Below the pieces are notes generated by a model. The model searched no databases. It was given only the letters and a program-made list of their open reading frames with translations, and was not told the DNA's origin. A stretch of DNA of 64,000 nt from Heterodontus francisci. Lineage: Eukaryota. The stretch is from contig NC_090394.1 in NCBI RefSeq assembly GCF_036365525.1, positions 64,343,743-64,407,742 on the forward strand, written 5' to 3'. The translations under genes were made by a program, and so were the position numbers. Of this stretch, positions 38,236-51,201 are shown piece by piece; position 1 is the first letter of the stretch, and every line of letters starts with the position of its first letter.

Positions 38236-41200
38236 ATTATCTCAATGCTGTTTGTGAGATCTTGCTCTGTGCAAATTGGGTGTTGCATGTTGTACATTAC
38301 AACAGTGACTACAATTTAAAAGTGGCTCTAAAGTGCTTTGGGATGTCCTAACGTTATATAAAAGCAAGTGTTTCAAATCTTTATTTTGCAGAACTACTAG
38401 TCTGTCTTCAATTCTATGTAAAATAATGGAATTGGTTATCTGCAATAACCTTGTGGATCATCTGTACAATAATCTATGGATTTGCTACATGTCCATCTCG
38501 TGTAGATGGTAGGGTGCTGACGATGAAACAGCAGTAGGTCTGTATTCAGGAGGGAAAAATCATTCTCCTCTATTTCTTCCAAGAATGTGACAATCCACTG
38601 TTGGCTGTGGAAAGACTACAATGTGGTACATCTAGATTTCTAAAGGCATTTGACAAAATTCCACACAAAAAGGCTGTTTGTTAAACTCAAAGCTATGGGA
38701 ACCTTGGCAAATCCTGAGGTGAATTATAAATTAGGCTGAAGGGTAGAAAATAATGGGGAGGTTTTTAATCTTTCCATTAACAGGATTGGACGGGCACACA
38801 GTTAAAATGCCTGGGATAGATCATGGGAGCTCCCTAAAATATACTCCAAAGTAGTATTCAGCATATTTACTGTTGTGCAAAATCTGGCAATACAGAGGGG
38901 ATGGCATTTAGAGGAGGCTGAGTTTAAGCAACAGTCATCATCTGACCAGGAAGACTTGGGTTAAAGCAGAGGAGCAGAACTGGAGCCAGCACAAAGCCTT
39001 TGAACCAGAGATGTCAGGGGTCAGTTGATAGCACAACACTCCTGATAACCTGCTCATTCCTCTCTCTTGAAAAGTCACACAAAGCACCTCTGCATTAACA
39101 GTCCTTATTACCTCCTTCACCACACCCTTAAATCTGCATTAAAGAACAAAACATTCAGCCAACTTTGATAGGAATAACGTATTGGCAATGCAGACTCAGA
39201 AGGACCTATGTAAAGATTAAAATGCTACGTATGATAAAGGTGATTGATTAATGTCAAATGCAATGATTGCCTTGAATTCATTTCTCACCCAAGTGTCAAT
39301 TGATATTGCCTTTCTTAAAGATGTTTTACTAGCTCAGCTACTCCCATAAGGTACTGGTGCATTGGCTTCAGCAACATTGGTGTAAGGCTGCTGGCCCTCT
39401 CATTGGGACCCTTCAAGATGTTTGTGACCTGCAACCTTTGGCTCAATGCTATTCAAAGAATACTACTCTTCAGTAGATTTCTTGCACATCCATCAGATAA
39501 TGCTAAGTGCCTGTTACAAGTCCTGTTATGAGGCAATCCAACTGGTAATGCTGAATTTCGTTAACCTTTGGATTCTCTTCTATAACATTTTTAAGAATTC
39601 TGGCCCATAATTAACAATTATTATGAGCATGAATATTTGAATATTCATTGTTTTGTGTAAATAAATAAATATAGAGGAAGTTTAATCTTTTTCGATTCAG
39701 TACTGTAGGGTTTCTCTTATTTAGGCACAAGATCAACTGACCCGAGAATGGTTTTAAACGCACTAAATAATTTTGTCATTCAGCCATGACCGTTTTTCCA
39801 GAAAAGGATATCCTGCAGCCTTAATCTGGGGAGCAGAACTCAGAACCAAAGTTGATCAGGCCCTAGCTCTGGGAGCATTGAGGATGTTCTTATTCTTGGA
39901 CATCTTCCTTGAACACTGCAGGTCTTGATGTTTTATGTCCTTTTCTTCCTGGGTTTGTTACTGGGCAGAATACTGTGCATAGACTTGTTGCTTTTTTTTC
40001 ATTTATCACAGTTCAGCAGCTGTCTTATCACATCATTTGTTACTTCTCTTTATCTTGTAAGTGTCAGCAGAATCAGTAAGCTTTGTCCTTGAACAGTTTA
40101 CCAGGCCCCAGTCAGTTTACCATACATTGTCTTTCAAGGCAGCTTGAACAATAAACAAGCTCAAGATCAATTTGGTCCAGCTAAAAATGATGGCCCAAAG
40201 GCCTTTGCTTAATTGTTGCTCCTTCACAGCCAATCCGTTGCTAAGTAGATCCCAAATTAGTCTACCTCGAATTTTGTTCTGATAGTACTGATTGGTCATG
40301 GGGATAATCTTCCTTTGCTGCTCGTACTTTAACCAATTGTGCTATTTTTCTTTATCAAGTATTTACTCTGTTAATCCAGGGTTTCAAGGCCACTCCTTTA
40401 TCCATCTCACAGTTCATGAGAAAGCACTGCCCTGACACTACCTGCTTCATGGGCCTTACTTAGTCCTCCTTAAGAGTTAGCATCAAAACCCCCACCAATT
40501 GCACCCCCATGTAACTGCCCTTAGGCAGTCAACCAATGACAAATACGGTAATAACTAAAGGAATAAAATAAAACAGTAAGTGAGGTGTCAGCCTCTCCCA
40601 AATAAAATTGTGTTGCTTCCTTCCCTCCTCCATGCCTCAAATTAACTAGACTCTGTGAAGATTTCCAGCAAAAGAACTCTCTCATGAGCTGGGAGACAGA
40701 GCATATTGTAAATCCTAGCAAATTGTTGGAGCATATCCACTGTCTGAAAACAAGGTTGGAGCATATGATGCCATATATCTAGGCCACAGAGGAGAAAAGG
40801 TAATGGAGGTGGCTGTCACACATAATAATAAACCCAGTAGACTGTGTCGTGATGGAATTCTATCAGACATTGCCACGGGCAACCCACTTCCATTTACCAT
40901 CAGCCACACTCTTAAAATGTCTCCAGATAATTTAGAAACAATAAGTTTTAAATGGCTGGACAGCTTGCTTGGTAATGAGTGTGTCTTCAAGCATAGGATT
41001 GCTAATGTATGCATTTGGATGCTTTGTCATAATTTTTGAGAGCAGTAGGGCATTTGCCCATCTATAGAGAGAAGGGAGAATTATATTGAGCTCATTATAC
41101 ACAGAGGTGGCAGGTTATTGGAGTCTTTGGGGAATCTGTTCTGAGGGTTTGTATCAGGTAAATCACCTTCCTATAATTTGAATTGTTCATTGGTAGTTTA

Positions 41201-41829
41201 TTTTAAATGAGGTAGGCCAAATGTCGATCTCATTTTTTCAAGCACTAAATATGGTGATGGAGAAAGATAAACTGGAATTGTTTATTCATCATTGCTTTCC
41301 TCACATATACTGCATCTACCATATTGTAAGGAAATTCCACTTCTAATAGCTTCTTTTAAAATTCCCCTGCAGTGAATCCTGTATGCCAAATTGTAAAATG
41401 TAAATTATTTTTTTTTTATTGATCTTTATTAAGTGGTTATGGCTTCCCAGCTGTTGAAAGTTGGCTCAGCTAAGTAGAAGATTCTAAAACATTAAGCAGC
41501 TACAAAAGTCCAGATGTCTCTTAGGCTGTAAAATTACTGACAGCAAAAATCCGCGGGATCTCATTAAGCCCTCGCTAAAATATTTCCGAGCAAGTTAATA
41601 TAAAGAATATATATTAGTGCTTCTGTTAATCTGTGTCTAATTTTGTTTGACAATATCCTGAAGGATTCTACATTATTCATTGTCTGTGCAGGTAAAGGGT
41701 CATCTATGGAATAAAAAAACTGTCAGTGGATTGATTTTTTCCATAGCAGTCTATCTTGTATACCTATATAAAATCACCTTTCAAACTACCCCATTCTATG
41801 AGAAAAGCCCAAATTGTTCCAGTCTATGC

Positions 41830-42290
41830 TCAGCTGTGGCTCAGTGGGTAGCTCTCTCACCTCTGAGTCAAAAGGTTGTGGGATCAAAGTCCCACTCCAG
41901 AGACTTGAGCACAAAAATCAAAGCTGACACTCCAGAGCAGTACTGAGGGAGTGCTGGACTGCTGCAGGTGACGTCTTTCAGATGAGCTGTTAAAGCAAGA
42001 CCCTTTCTGCCTTCTCAGGTGGATGTAAAAGATTCCCATGGCACTATTTCGAAGAAGATCAGGGGAGTTCTCCCTGGTGTCCTGGCAAATATTTATCCCT
42101 CAATTAACATCACAAAAACAGATTGTCTGGTCATTATCACGTTGCTGTTTATGGGAGCTTGCTTTGCACGGAAAAGCTGCCACATTTCCTACATTACAAC
42201 GGTGACGAAACTTCAAACGTACTTTACTGGCTGTAAAGAACCAAAGATGTGTTCTGGTTGTGAAAAGTGCTATATAAATGCAAGTCTTCC
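41830..42290 (+). mobile_element. DeuSINE (SacSINE1/AmnSINE1-like)
   Basis: tRNA head (gtggctcagtgggtagc), Deu-domain-like ctctcaggtggatgtaaaagat..ccatggcactatttcgaagaag..caggggagttctccctggtgtcctggc, and L2-type tail gctatataaatgcaag. Confidence 0.8.
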
Positions 42291-44320
42291 TTCATTCCTC
42301 ATTGACACTAGGGATCAACCTTGAGGCTCTTCTCTCCACAGTATCCAACACTTGAACATCTCCCTTGTTAGTTGGTGACCAGAAGGGTCTGCGATATTCA
42401 AGGTGTGGTCTGACCGGGGTACTGTACAGTTTGATCATGGCCCTGCTCCAATATTTAATCTACAGTTTTGGCTGTGTTCTTTGCTCAGTTTGGGTTGACC
42501 TTGTTGATTGCAGCTCTGCATTGGTTTGACATGGATTCTTCTCCTGCTAGCAGGGTCTCATAACTGCTGCAATTAAACTGTTGCTAACCCACAACAAATT
42601 CCTCCAACCACTTCCCTTAGCTGTGCAAGATGGTTTGGGGGCGAGATATCATTGTGGTGCAGCATTTAAAAGGCTGGAGCAGGTCGAAGTGGAATTTCAG
42701 CAATCTGCTAGAAGGAACAGCAGCCTCAAGGGTGTCAGGAGCTGGAAGGGCCATTGCCTTTGTTACTTGTTTTTGGGGCATTTAATACTTCCCCTAGAAC
42801 ACAATTTGAGGTTTAAATCATTCAGAATATTTACTAGCAAATGCCCATCCTCTGTTTCAAGCTGGGTTTGCATTTGTTAATATTCTCACCTTTTCCCTGA
42901 AAGTCCTCTTGCTGTTGTAGCACTAAAAGAATTATTTTATTGTTAACGTTTTATTTCTGCGGCTTTTCCTGGTATTTTCCTGGTTTCTCCTTGCTCTTCT
43001 GATCAACCTTTGGATGTGTTTCTACATGATCCTAAATTCGTCCCAACGAATCCATTCCCTTTTACTCTGGAAGATTTGTAGAGGTCATTCTTGCTCTTTA
43101 ATGCTGTACTATCTCTTTAGTCTCGAGCCATTTTCCCCATGGCCCACTGTATTTGTTTAAAGCTTGTCTCACTACTCTATTTATCTTTTGTGCAAGAGCA
43201 TTGATGCTGTTTCAGTTCAGGTGAAGCCTTCCAATAGCCCATAATCTGAAACCTTCTCTCCTGTACCAGCCCAAAGCCGCACATTACATAGAATTACGTA
43301 GTATTGACAGCATAGGAACAGGTGAGGGGTTTGAACTTTTTCTCTGGCTCTTTAGGATTACAGGTGTTTTATATTTTACCTGCTTTGAGCAGAGGGCTCA
43401 GACTAAGGTCAAACAAACCTGTCTGTCAAGATAACAGTTTAATCAAAATGTTCACAATTTAATAAATGTGTCAGATAAAATTCTAATATGAAGCACTGAA
43501 ATATCATAGAAATGTTTGATCCCATTTGCCGGTAATGGAAGTCTTATTTTTTTTTAACTCCTGACCCAGTTGAGAGATACAAAGAGGGGCAAAGCTGAAA
43601 ATTGGGTCATTTTTGAATTGCAAGCACAAAGGTACAATCAGTTTTGTAAAAATGCATATCACTATAGAAAAAAACTAATGAATCAGACAAGGTAAAGTTA
43701 AACACTTGGAACAAGAGCTGAGCCTGGACGAGACACTCACTCTGATCCACAAGTGTAACAGCGAACGGGTACTTGACTTTCGATCAGTTTTAACAAATGC
43801 TGAAAATAGACATGCGCCTGTACAATATCTAGCCAGGAGCCATAAACAGCAAATCGATTTAAGGGGCTACAGAATTAAAAACCAAGTACAAAGTGTGTGC
43901 AATTTCATTAAGTATTGGCACATGTTCAAAGATCAGAGCAAATCTTGCAGGCAATTAACAATTAATTGGAAGCTTTTCCACATATTAGGTCTAAATGAGT
44001 GGAACAGCAAAAATTCCAAAATTAATTGACAGTCTGAATACATGAAAGAAAAAAAGATCTCTGGTCTTGAGATACATATAAGTGAGGGATTGTGCTCCAC
44101 TACATTCCAAGTGGCAGATGGAATTTAATTCCAAAAAATATGAGGTGATGCATTTTGGGAAAAGGGAGAGGCAATATAGACAAAATGACACAGGTCTAAA
44201 GAGTGTACAGTGACAGAGAAACCTGGGGGTTTACATGCATAGATCGTTGAAGGTGGCAGGACACGTTGAGAGAGTAGTTGGCAAAGCACATGAGATCTAG
44301 GGCTTCATAAATAGATGTAT

Positions 44321-47300
44321 TGGCCGAGATTTTATCCGAGCGACGGGTCTCAACCCTTGGCTAATGCGCCGGCAAGAAGCTCACGTCGCCCCTTCCGTGG
44401 GCGGCCAGCCAAATCAAGTGCCAATTAGGCACTTAAATGGACAGCAACAGGCCTTCCATGGGAGCAAAGACCCCAGCCATGGAAATCCCACCCTCTGAGA
44501 GCTGCTGGACAATCAGAAGCCGGCAGGTCTTTAACTTTTTTTTCCCAAAAAATACTTTATTTCTAAAAATCTGTATATAAAAAAAAAATGCATTACAAAA
44601 CCGTTCAAAACAGCACCAAGTTGACAATACAATAAATGCAAGGAGATTAGTTTCCTTCAATACAGGACTGAATTGCCTCACAACCCTTCCATTTCATTTT
44701 ACGTGCCATGTACATTTTGCAGCAAACCCATATTTTCTGGATGCAGCACGAGGGGGTTTTCCATGGATCCAGCCCCTCCATTCAGTTTGGTGGAGGGACA
44801 TAACACTGTGGTCTTTCCCCATTGAGCCTTTGCCGTGGCTGCTCCAAGCTTTAGTGCGTCCCTCAGCACATAGTCCTGGATCTTGGAATGTGCCAGTCTG
44901 CAACATTCGGTTGTGGACAACTCTTTGCGCTGGAAGACCAAAGAGCATCTTTCACCGAATTGATAGTCCTCCAGCAGCAGTTGATGTTTATCTCAGTGTG
45001 CGTCCCTGGGAACAGCCCATAGAGCACAGACTCCTGTGAAACAGAGCTGCTTGGGATGAACCTCGACAAAAACCGTTGCATCTCTTTTCACACCTGCTTT
45101 GCGAAGACACATTCCAGAAGGAGGTGGGCAACCGTCTCTTCCCCACCACTGCCACCTCGAAGGCGTTGTACGGAGTGGGTGAGACTCTGGGCGTGCAGGA
45201 AGGATCTTAGGAGAGGGCTCTTCTCACCACCAGCCAAGCTACATCTTGGTGCTTGTTTGAAAGTTCTGGTAATGAGGCATTCTGCCAAATGACTTTGGCA
45301 GTCTGCTCGGGGAACTATCCGACAGGATCCACCATCTCCTTTTCCCGTAGGGCCTTGAGGACATTCCGTGACGACCACTGCCTGATGGATTGGTGGTCAA
45401 AGGTGTTTTTCCGCAGAAACTTTTCCACGAAGGATACTGTGGTACGGCACGGTCCAATGGATGGAGCGTTCCACGGCAATGTGAACAGGCCCATCCTTCG
45501 CAACACCGGAGACAGATAGAACCTCAGCACGTAGTGACACTTGGTGTTTGCGTACTGGGGATCTACACACAGCTTGATGCAGCCGCACAAGAAGGTGATC
45601 ATCAGGATGAGGATGACGTTGGGTACATTTTTCCCGCCCTTATCCAGAGGTTTGAACATCGTGTCCCTCCGGACCTGGTCCATTTTGGATCCCCAGATGA
45701 AGCGGAAAATGGCTCGGGTGACCGCCATGGAGCAGGAATGGGGTATGGTCCAGACCTGCGCCACATACAGCAACAGCGTGACCGCCTCGCACCTGATGAC
45801 CAGATTCTTACCCACAATGGAGAGAGATCGCTGCTCCCATATGCTCAGCTTATGGTGTACCCTGGCTACTCGCTCCCTCCAGGTTTTGGTGCACGTCCCG
45901 GCCCTTCCAAACCATATTCCCAGCACCTTCAGGTAGTCTGACCTGACGGTGAAGGGGACAAAGGATCAGTCATCCAGTTCCCAAAGAACATGGCCTCGCT
46001 CTTGCCGTGGTTCACTTTGGCTCCCAAGGCCAGTTCGAACTGGTCGCAGCTGCTTATCAGTCTGCGAATGGACAGCGGATCCGAGCAGAAGATGGCGACA
46101 TCATCCATGTACAGGAAAGTTTTAACCTGAGTACCTCTGCTGCCTGCGATTGTTACCCCTCTTATGCCCACATCCTTCCTAGGGGTTCAATACAGCAAAG
46201 AAACAAGACAGGGGAGAGAGGACAGCCCTGTCTGACTCCAGATTGGATCGGGAAACTTTCTGATTCCCACCCATTGATTGAGACTGCGCTACTGATGTTT
46301 GTGTAGAGCAGTTTGATCCAATTGCAGATTCCCTCCGTGGCAAAGAACAAGGCCTGCTGGCTCTTCACCTCATGGAGGTCCTCCTTGACCTCGACCCCCA
46401 TCGACTGCAGTCCGGAGCAGATTTTGCATACTTTTCTGGAGTCGGGACATTTCCCTCTGTCTCTCTCTTGCCCTCTGAACACCTTTGAAGATAAAGAACC
46501 TCTTGATGTTCTCTTTGATCGCCTCCCACCAGTGAACTGGAGACTCAAAGGGGGGTTTCACAATTCTCCAACCTTTTGTAATCCCTTTTTGTAATCCCTT
46601 TTGAGTTCCTCAACATTCTCTGGGGTTAGCAGTGTAGCATTGAGCTTCCATATTGCCCTGCCAACCCGCTGGTCATCCTGTATGTGACAGTCGGCCAGTA
46701 AGAGGCAGTGGTCGGAGAAGAACACCGGCTTGATGTCGGTGGATCTGACCGTGACAGCACAGGACACAACCAGGAAGTCAATTCTGGAATGGACAGACCC
46801 GTCCGATCTTGACCAGGTGTATCGACGCTGCGCTCCGTCTGCAGGTTTGCTGAAGACGTCGTGCAGCTTGGCATCTTTTACTGTTTCCATTTGGAATCTG
46901 GACGTAGCATCCGGTTTGCTGTCATCACTTCTGGATCATCCAGCTGCCTCGATGATGCAGTTTAAGTCACCGCCTAGGATGACCGGCCTGGACATCGCCA
47001 GCAGCAGTGGAAGCGGCTGGAAGACATTCAGCCGCTCGCTGCATTGAACCGGGGCGTACATGTTGATCAACCGGAGCGGAGCATTGTTGTACATTACATC
47101 TGCTACGAGGAGGCGACCGCCCATCACCTCCTTAACTTCAGAGATGAAGTTACCTCCCCGCAGCAGAATACCCAGGCCAGAGGAACGGGAATCATTACCC
47201 CCTGACCAGATCGATGGCCCGTAGGACCACCATCGCAACCATTGCCTGTAGGTGCTGAGGTGTGGTATTCCACACTCCTGCAGAAATAGCAGGTCGGCTT

Positions 47301-48982
47301 TGACCTTGGCGAGGTAGTCCAAGGTCGAAACACATCGTGTAGTGGATTTAATGCTATGCACGTTAATTGAAGCAATCCTTAGACCCATTTTAAAGTTAGT
47401 TGTTGCTTCCCACACCATTTGTCCTTGCTAGGCCCAGTCCTTCGGGATGTTCCTACATACCCATAGTGTACGCAATCTGTTTCACGTTCGTTGGGCTCGG
47501 AAACCCCTCCTGGTTTCTCATGCAGGGTTTGTTCTGCTGGGGTGACATCGGGGGGGTGGTGGTGGTGGCGGGTCTTGTAGGCAGCAAAGATGGGGCTGTC
47601 CTCTGCTGTTGGTATCTTTCCCCTCTGTTCATCCTCGAAAACATCACTGCTCCCGACTTCCCGGAGCTGGAGTGCACCAGACGTGTCGTTGCTCTTGGTG
47701 TCCCGGAGCTGGGATGCGCTGGGCATGTCGCTAGGTTCGGCGTGTTGGGTTTGGGGTGCGCTGGGCCTATCTCAGCTTCCAGTGACCGGGGGCTTTATCT
47801 TCCAGCTCCTTTTGAGTTCTGCCGCTTCTTTTGAAGGTGCTGTCATTTCGGCTCTTCCTCGTACAGTGAGGAGGAGCTGCCGTAGTCTGTCTCAGGCGGT
47901 AGCCTCCTCTTGCCACTGGTTTGGGTGGTGGCCTGTTCCGTTTTAGAAGGTTTTTTCTTTGTGGTTTTCCTTTGTACCACTTGCCACTGGCCTGTTTGTC
48001 ATCTGCTGCCTCCTCCTCCATTGATTGTCTGTGAAGGTGGGGTTTCCGGGCACAGGGTAGGTGTTGGGTCGCTGGTTTCAGCTGCCTCCCCTTTCTTCTC
48101 CTTCTCAGGTAGACTTTCCTCGCTGCGGAGAGGGTTGGTTGTCTCCTTCCCAGCACCAGACGCATTCATCGTTCCTTCTCCTGGCCTTTCCTTGGACCTT
48201 GCCGCCTGAGCATAACTGAGGCAGCGTTTGGGGCAGGTTTTGTAAAGGTGGCCTGCCTCACTGCACAGGTTGCAGCAAAATCAAGTGCCAATTAGGCACT
48301 TAAGTGGACAGCAACGGGCCTTCCATGGGATCATAGACCCCAGCCATGGAAGTCCCACCCTCTGAGAGCTGCTGGCCAATCAGAGGCTGGCAGCTCTTTA
48401 ACTGAGCAGCACCACCGCAGAGGTAGTGGTTGCTGCCAACAGAGCACCCACCCAAGACCACCGGAGCAGCACTGGACCCAGGTCACAGGTAAGTCAGGGC
48501 AGGGGGGGGGGGGGCGGGGTCTTGCTGGCTGGGGATCACAGGAAGGGGGGTGTAGGGGAGTCAGCTGCAAGGGCAGGGGTGTGGCTCTCAGCAGCCACCA
48601 CACACACCCCCCGCACCCGCCTTTCCCAATGCCGGGTCCCTCGTTCAGGCACTGTGCCTTTTAACGAGGAACCCAAGAACCCGCATACCCAGAGCCGGCA
48701 AGCAACCCGCATGGTTTCTCTTGCCATGCTTCCCTTGTGGCGACAGGCCCACCTGCCACTGGGCTAATTGTGGCAGCAGCTAGTGAGGCCCTTAATTGGG
48801 CATTAATTACCCAGGGCCTCAATTGGTGGCAGGACAGGAAGGCCATTCACAGTCTTTCCCATCCCAGACCTAATTTCGGCGGAGACCGGAAGGTGGCAAT
48901 GTACTCCACCACCACCCTCCCACCCGATTATATACTCTCCCTGCCTCCAAACCCACCCTGGGGCAGAGCATAAAATTCCCCC
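44321..48982. mobile_element. Harbinger-type MITE with 3-bp TSD (tat), hosting a Tx1 LINE
   Basis: tat at 44318-44320 and 48983-48985; removing the insert restores the CR1 sequence. Termini tggccgagattttat ... ataaaattccccc. Confidence 0.75.
44537..48277 (-). mobile_element. Tx1/L1-clade LINE, 5'-truncated in ORF1, internally deleted ORF2, poly-A end
   Basis: ORF1 knuckle CNLCSEAGHLYKTC. ORF2 from ~47388: MGLRIASINVHSIK...LFLQE...GGDLN...SRIDF...FSDH; SGVRQGCPLSP, LYMDD, ETVAHLLLEC. T-run at 44536-44543. Confidence 0.95.
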
Positions 48983-49219
48983 TATTGAGTACAAAAGCAG
49001 AGAAGTTATGCTGAACCTGTATAAAGCTCTGTTTACGCTCCATCTAGAGAATTGTGTCCAGTTCTGGTCACCACACATTAGGAAGGGTGTGAAGGTCCTT
49101 GAAAGGGTGCAGAAGAGATTTACCAGAACGGTTCCAGGGATGGGCGATTGTTAGCTGCAAGGTTAGGTTGGAGAAGCCGGGGTTGTTCTCCTTTAGAGCA
49201 AAGGAGATTGAGGGGAGAT

Positions 49220-49335
49220 CCAGCCCGAACCGACCCGAGCCCAAATGCTGGACCCGAAAGAGAGACCCGACCCGACCCGAACCCGACACATGTCGTCGGG
49301 TCTGGTCAGGTTCGGGTCGGGTATCCACGCTTTAC
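49220..49335. mobile_element. MITE end with (cccga)n subterminal repeats, possibly hAT-derived
   Basis: cccgacccgacccgaacccgac...tcgggtc...ttcgggtcgggt in inverted arrangement. Confidence 0.5.
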
Positions 49336-51201
49336 TGCAGCGGGCCCCGGACCCAGCCAGCAATGGAGGACAGAGAAGAAGGTAAAGGGGGTCGGGTCTC
49401 ATCGGAACCAATCAGCCAGGCCCCAGCGAGGGGAAGTGGGGGGGGTCAATCGCAAGGGCGGGGAGAGTCTTCCGGTGGAGGTGGCCCCTGCTGCTGGGGC
49501 ATCCCCTCAGCCCTCAAGGAGGCCACCAGGTTTTAAAATACCAGCAGCAGCGGGAAGTGGCCCTTAAGTGGCCATTAATTGGTCACTGAAGGACCTCAAT
49601 TGGCCGAAGGGCGGAGGCCGCCCACCACCACCTCCCACCGCTGGTAAAATACCAGCAGCGGCAGGTAGGAGATGGGCATACCCACCCCCTGCTATCTCTC
49701 CTCATTTTTATGCCCACCCCCTCCTACCAGCCTGCTGCCAGGACGGGCATAAAATTCCAGCCTGCGACTCTATGTGCTGTGGTTGTCCATTTGTTTAGGT
49801 GTAGTTTTGTGTTATTGTTGAGAGAGAGAAAGCGAGGAAAAATGTATAGCGCGTTATAAAATCGCATATAATGAGAAATTCACTGAGTGAAACTATTTTG
49901 GATGCAGTATTCTGACACACAGTTGAGTGCCAGCTGCTGAGCCTTGCTGAATGTATTACTGAGGTCTTAATGGACTCGTGGAATTTTAAAAGGTCATATT
50001 TAAAGAAAGCATCAGAAAATGAAGAGGAGTTTAAACAGTAGAAAATATATAAAAATATTGAAAGTATAGAAAAATCAAAAGTAATCGAACATTAGCCCAT
50101 GGTTTTATAGTAATAGATAACAAGAGAAAAAATCTACTGGCAAAGGGGGGATTGAAGGCTGATTTTGCTGAGTTCATCGATCTGAAAAGCAACCAACACA
50201 ATACAAGACTTTGCAACTAAACCTTCACTTTACAAAAAGGCTGATAAAATCTTATTTTGAATCGAACTAGACTTTGACAGGAATTCTTATCCAACTCAAA
50301 GCAACTTTGCATAATATGCACTGTATCTTAATTATGTATCTACTGCTATACTATCCTGAACTAAACCAAGCCAATTTTGTTGTGGTAATATTGAACTAAA
50401 TTGTTGTTTGGAATTGATTACATGAATGGTGATACCATCTTACTTGTAGTTGTTAAATCGAAGTAAATTCTTTTGGTGCTGTACTTATTAGTTCAAAGGT
50501 AGGTGAGTGCTAATTAGTACCTCTGGCATTGACGTATTTTATTCCTGCTGGTAGCTGGATGGGGTTTAATCTTTTAATTGTAATCTGTAGTGGCTTTGTG
50601 TCAGAGGATTCAAAATAAGCTAAATTCAGCATCCCACATAAAACCCTTGACAAATGTTAATTTGGAGGCATCACAATGACAGAATCTACTCCTCAGGCTC
50701 CAAAACCACCCTTAGATCTCCTCCAATAATGTGGCTATCTTGAAAAAAGAACAAGCAAAGGATAAGTGAGTTAAATGGAAATGCACTCTATGAATTTTCT
50801 TTCCACCAAGTTAAATAAGAAATTTCTCAAAATTACCGAACAGAGTAACTTATCACAGAGTCAGCTGATCGAATCCAGCAGACTTTGAGACTGTGGAGGA
50901 AATGTTCCAGTTGCCACAGCAGGTAGCATTGGATTAGAACAGTGGAGTGCAAACTCAATGTATTTCTGTCCATTCCAGAGTACATGTAAACATCGGGCTG
51001 TCCTTTAAGGTTAGCCTAAGGTGCTTCTTGCCCAAATAACTGGTTGGTAGATGAGTGGAAGAGTAGAAGGAAAGAAATTGCATTTCTATGGTGCCTTTCA
51101 TGACCTTCGAACATCCCAAAGTGCTTTACATCCAATGAAATACGTTTTAAATGTAGTCATTGTTGTATCATAGGGGACGCAGCAGCCAGTTTGCACACAG
51201 T

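Larger units (their letters stand above)
44100..49218 (+). mobile_element. CR1 fragment (44100-44320 and 48983-49218) split by a MITE insertion
   Basis: KWQMEFNSKKYEVMHFG...GFINRC resumes after the insert as IEYKSREVMLNLYKAL...HLENCVQFWSPH. Confidence 0.85.

Noticed and set aside
40117-40340. KVRAAKEDYP, reminiscent of Transib-like transposases
   Set aside because: Stops lie immediately upstream and there is no downstream catalytic motif.
49220-49335. Short regularly spaced repeats (cccga) as a possible CRISPR-like array
   Set aside because: These are 5-6-bp subterminal MITE repeats without spacers, in a eukaryotic context.
45056-49567. Many overlapping plus-strand ORFs of 70-180 aa
   Set aside because: These are antisense or shadow frames of GC-rich Tx1 and MITE sequence.
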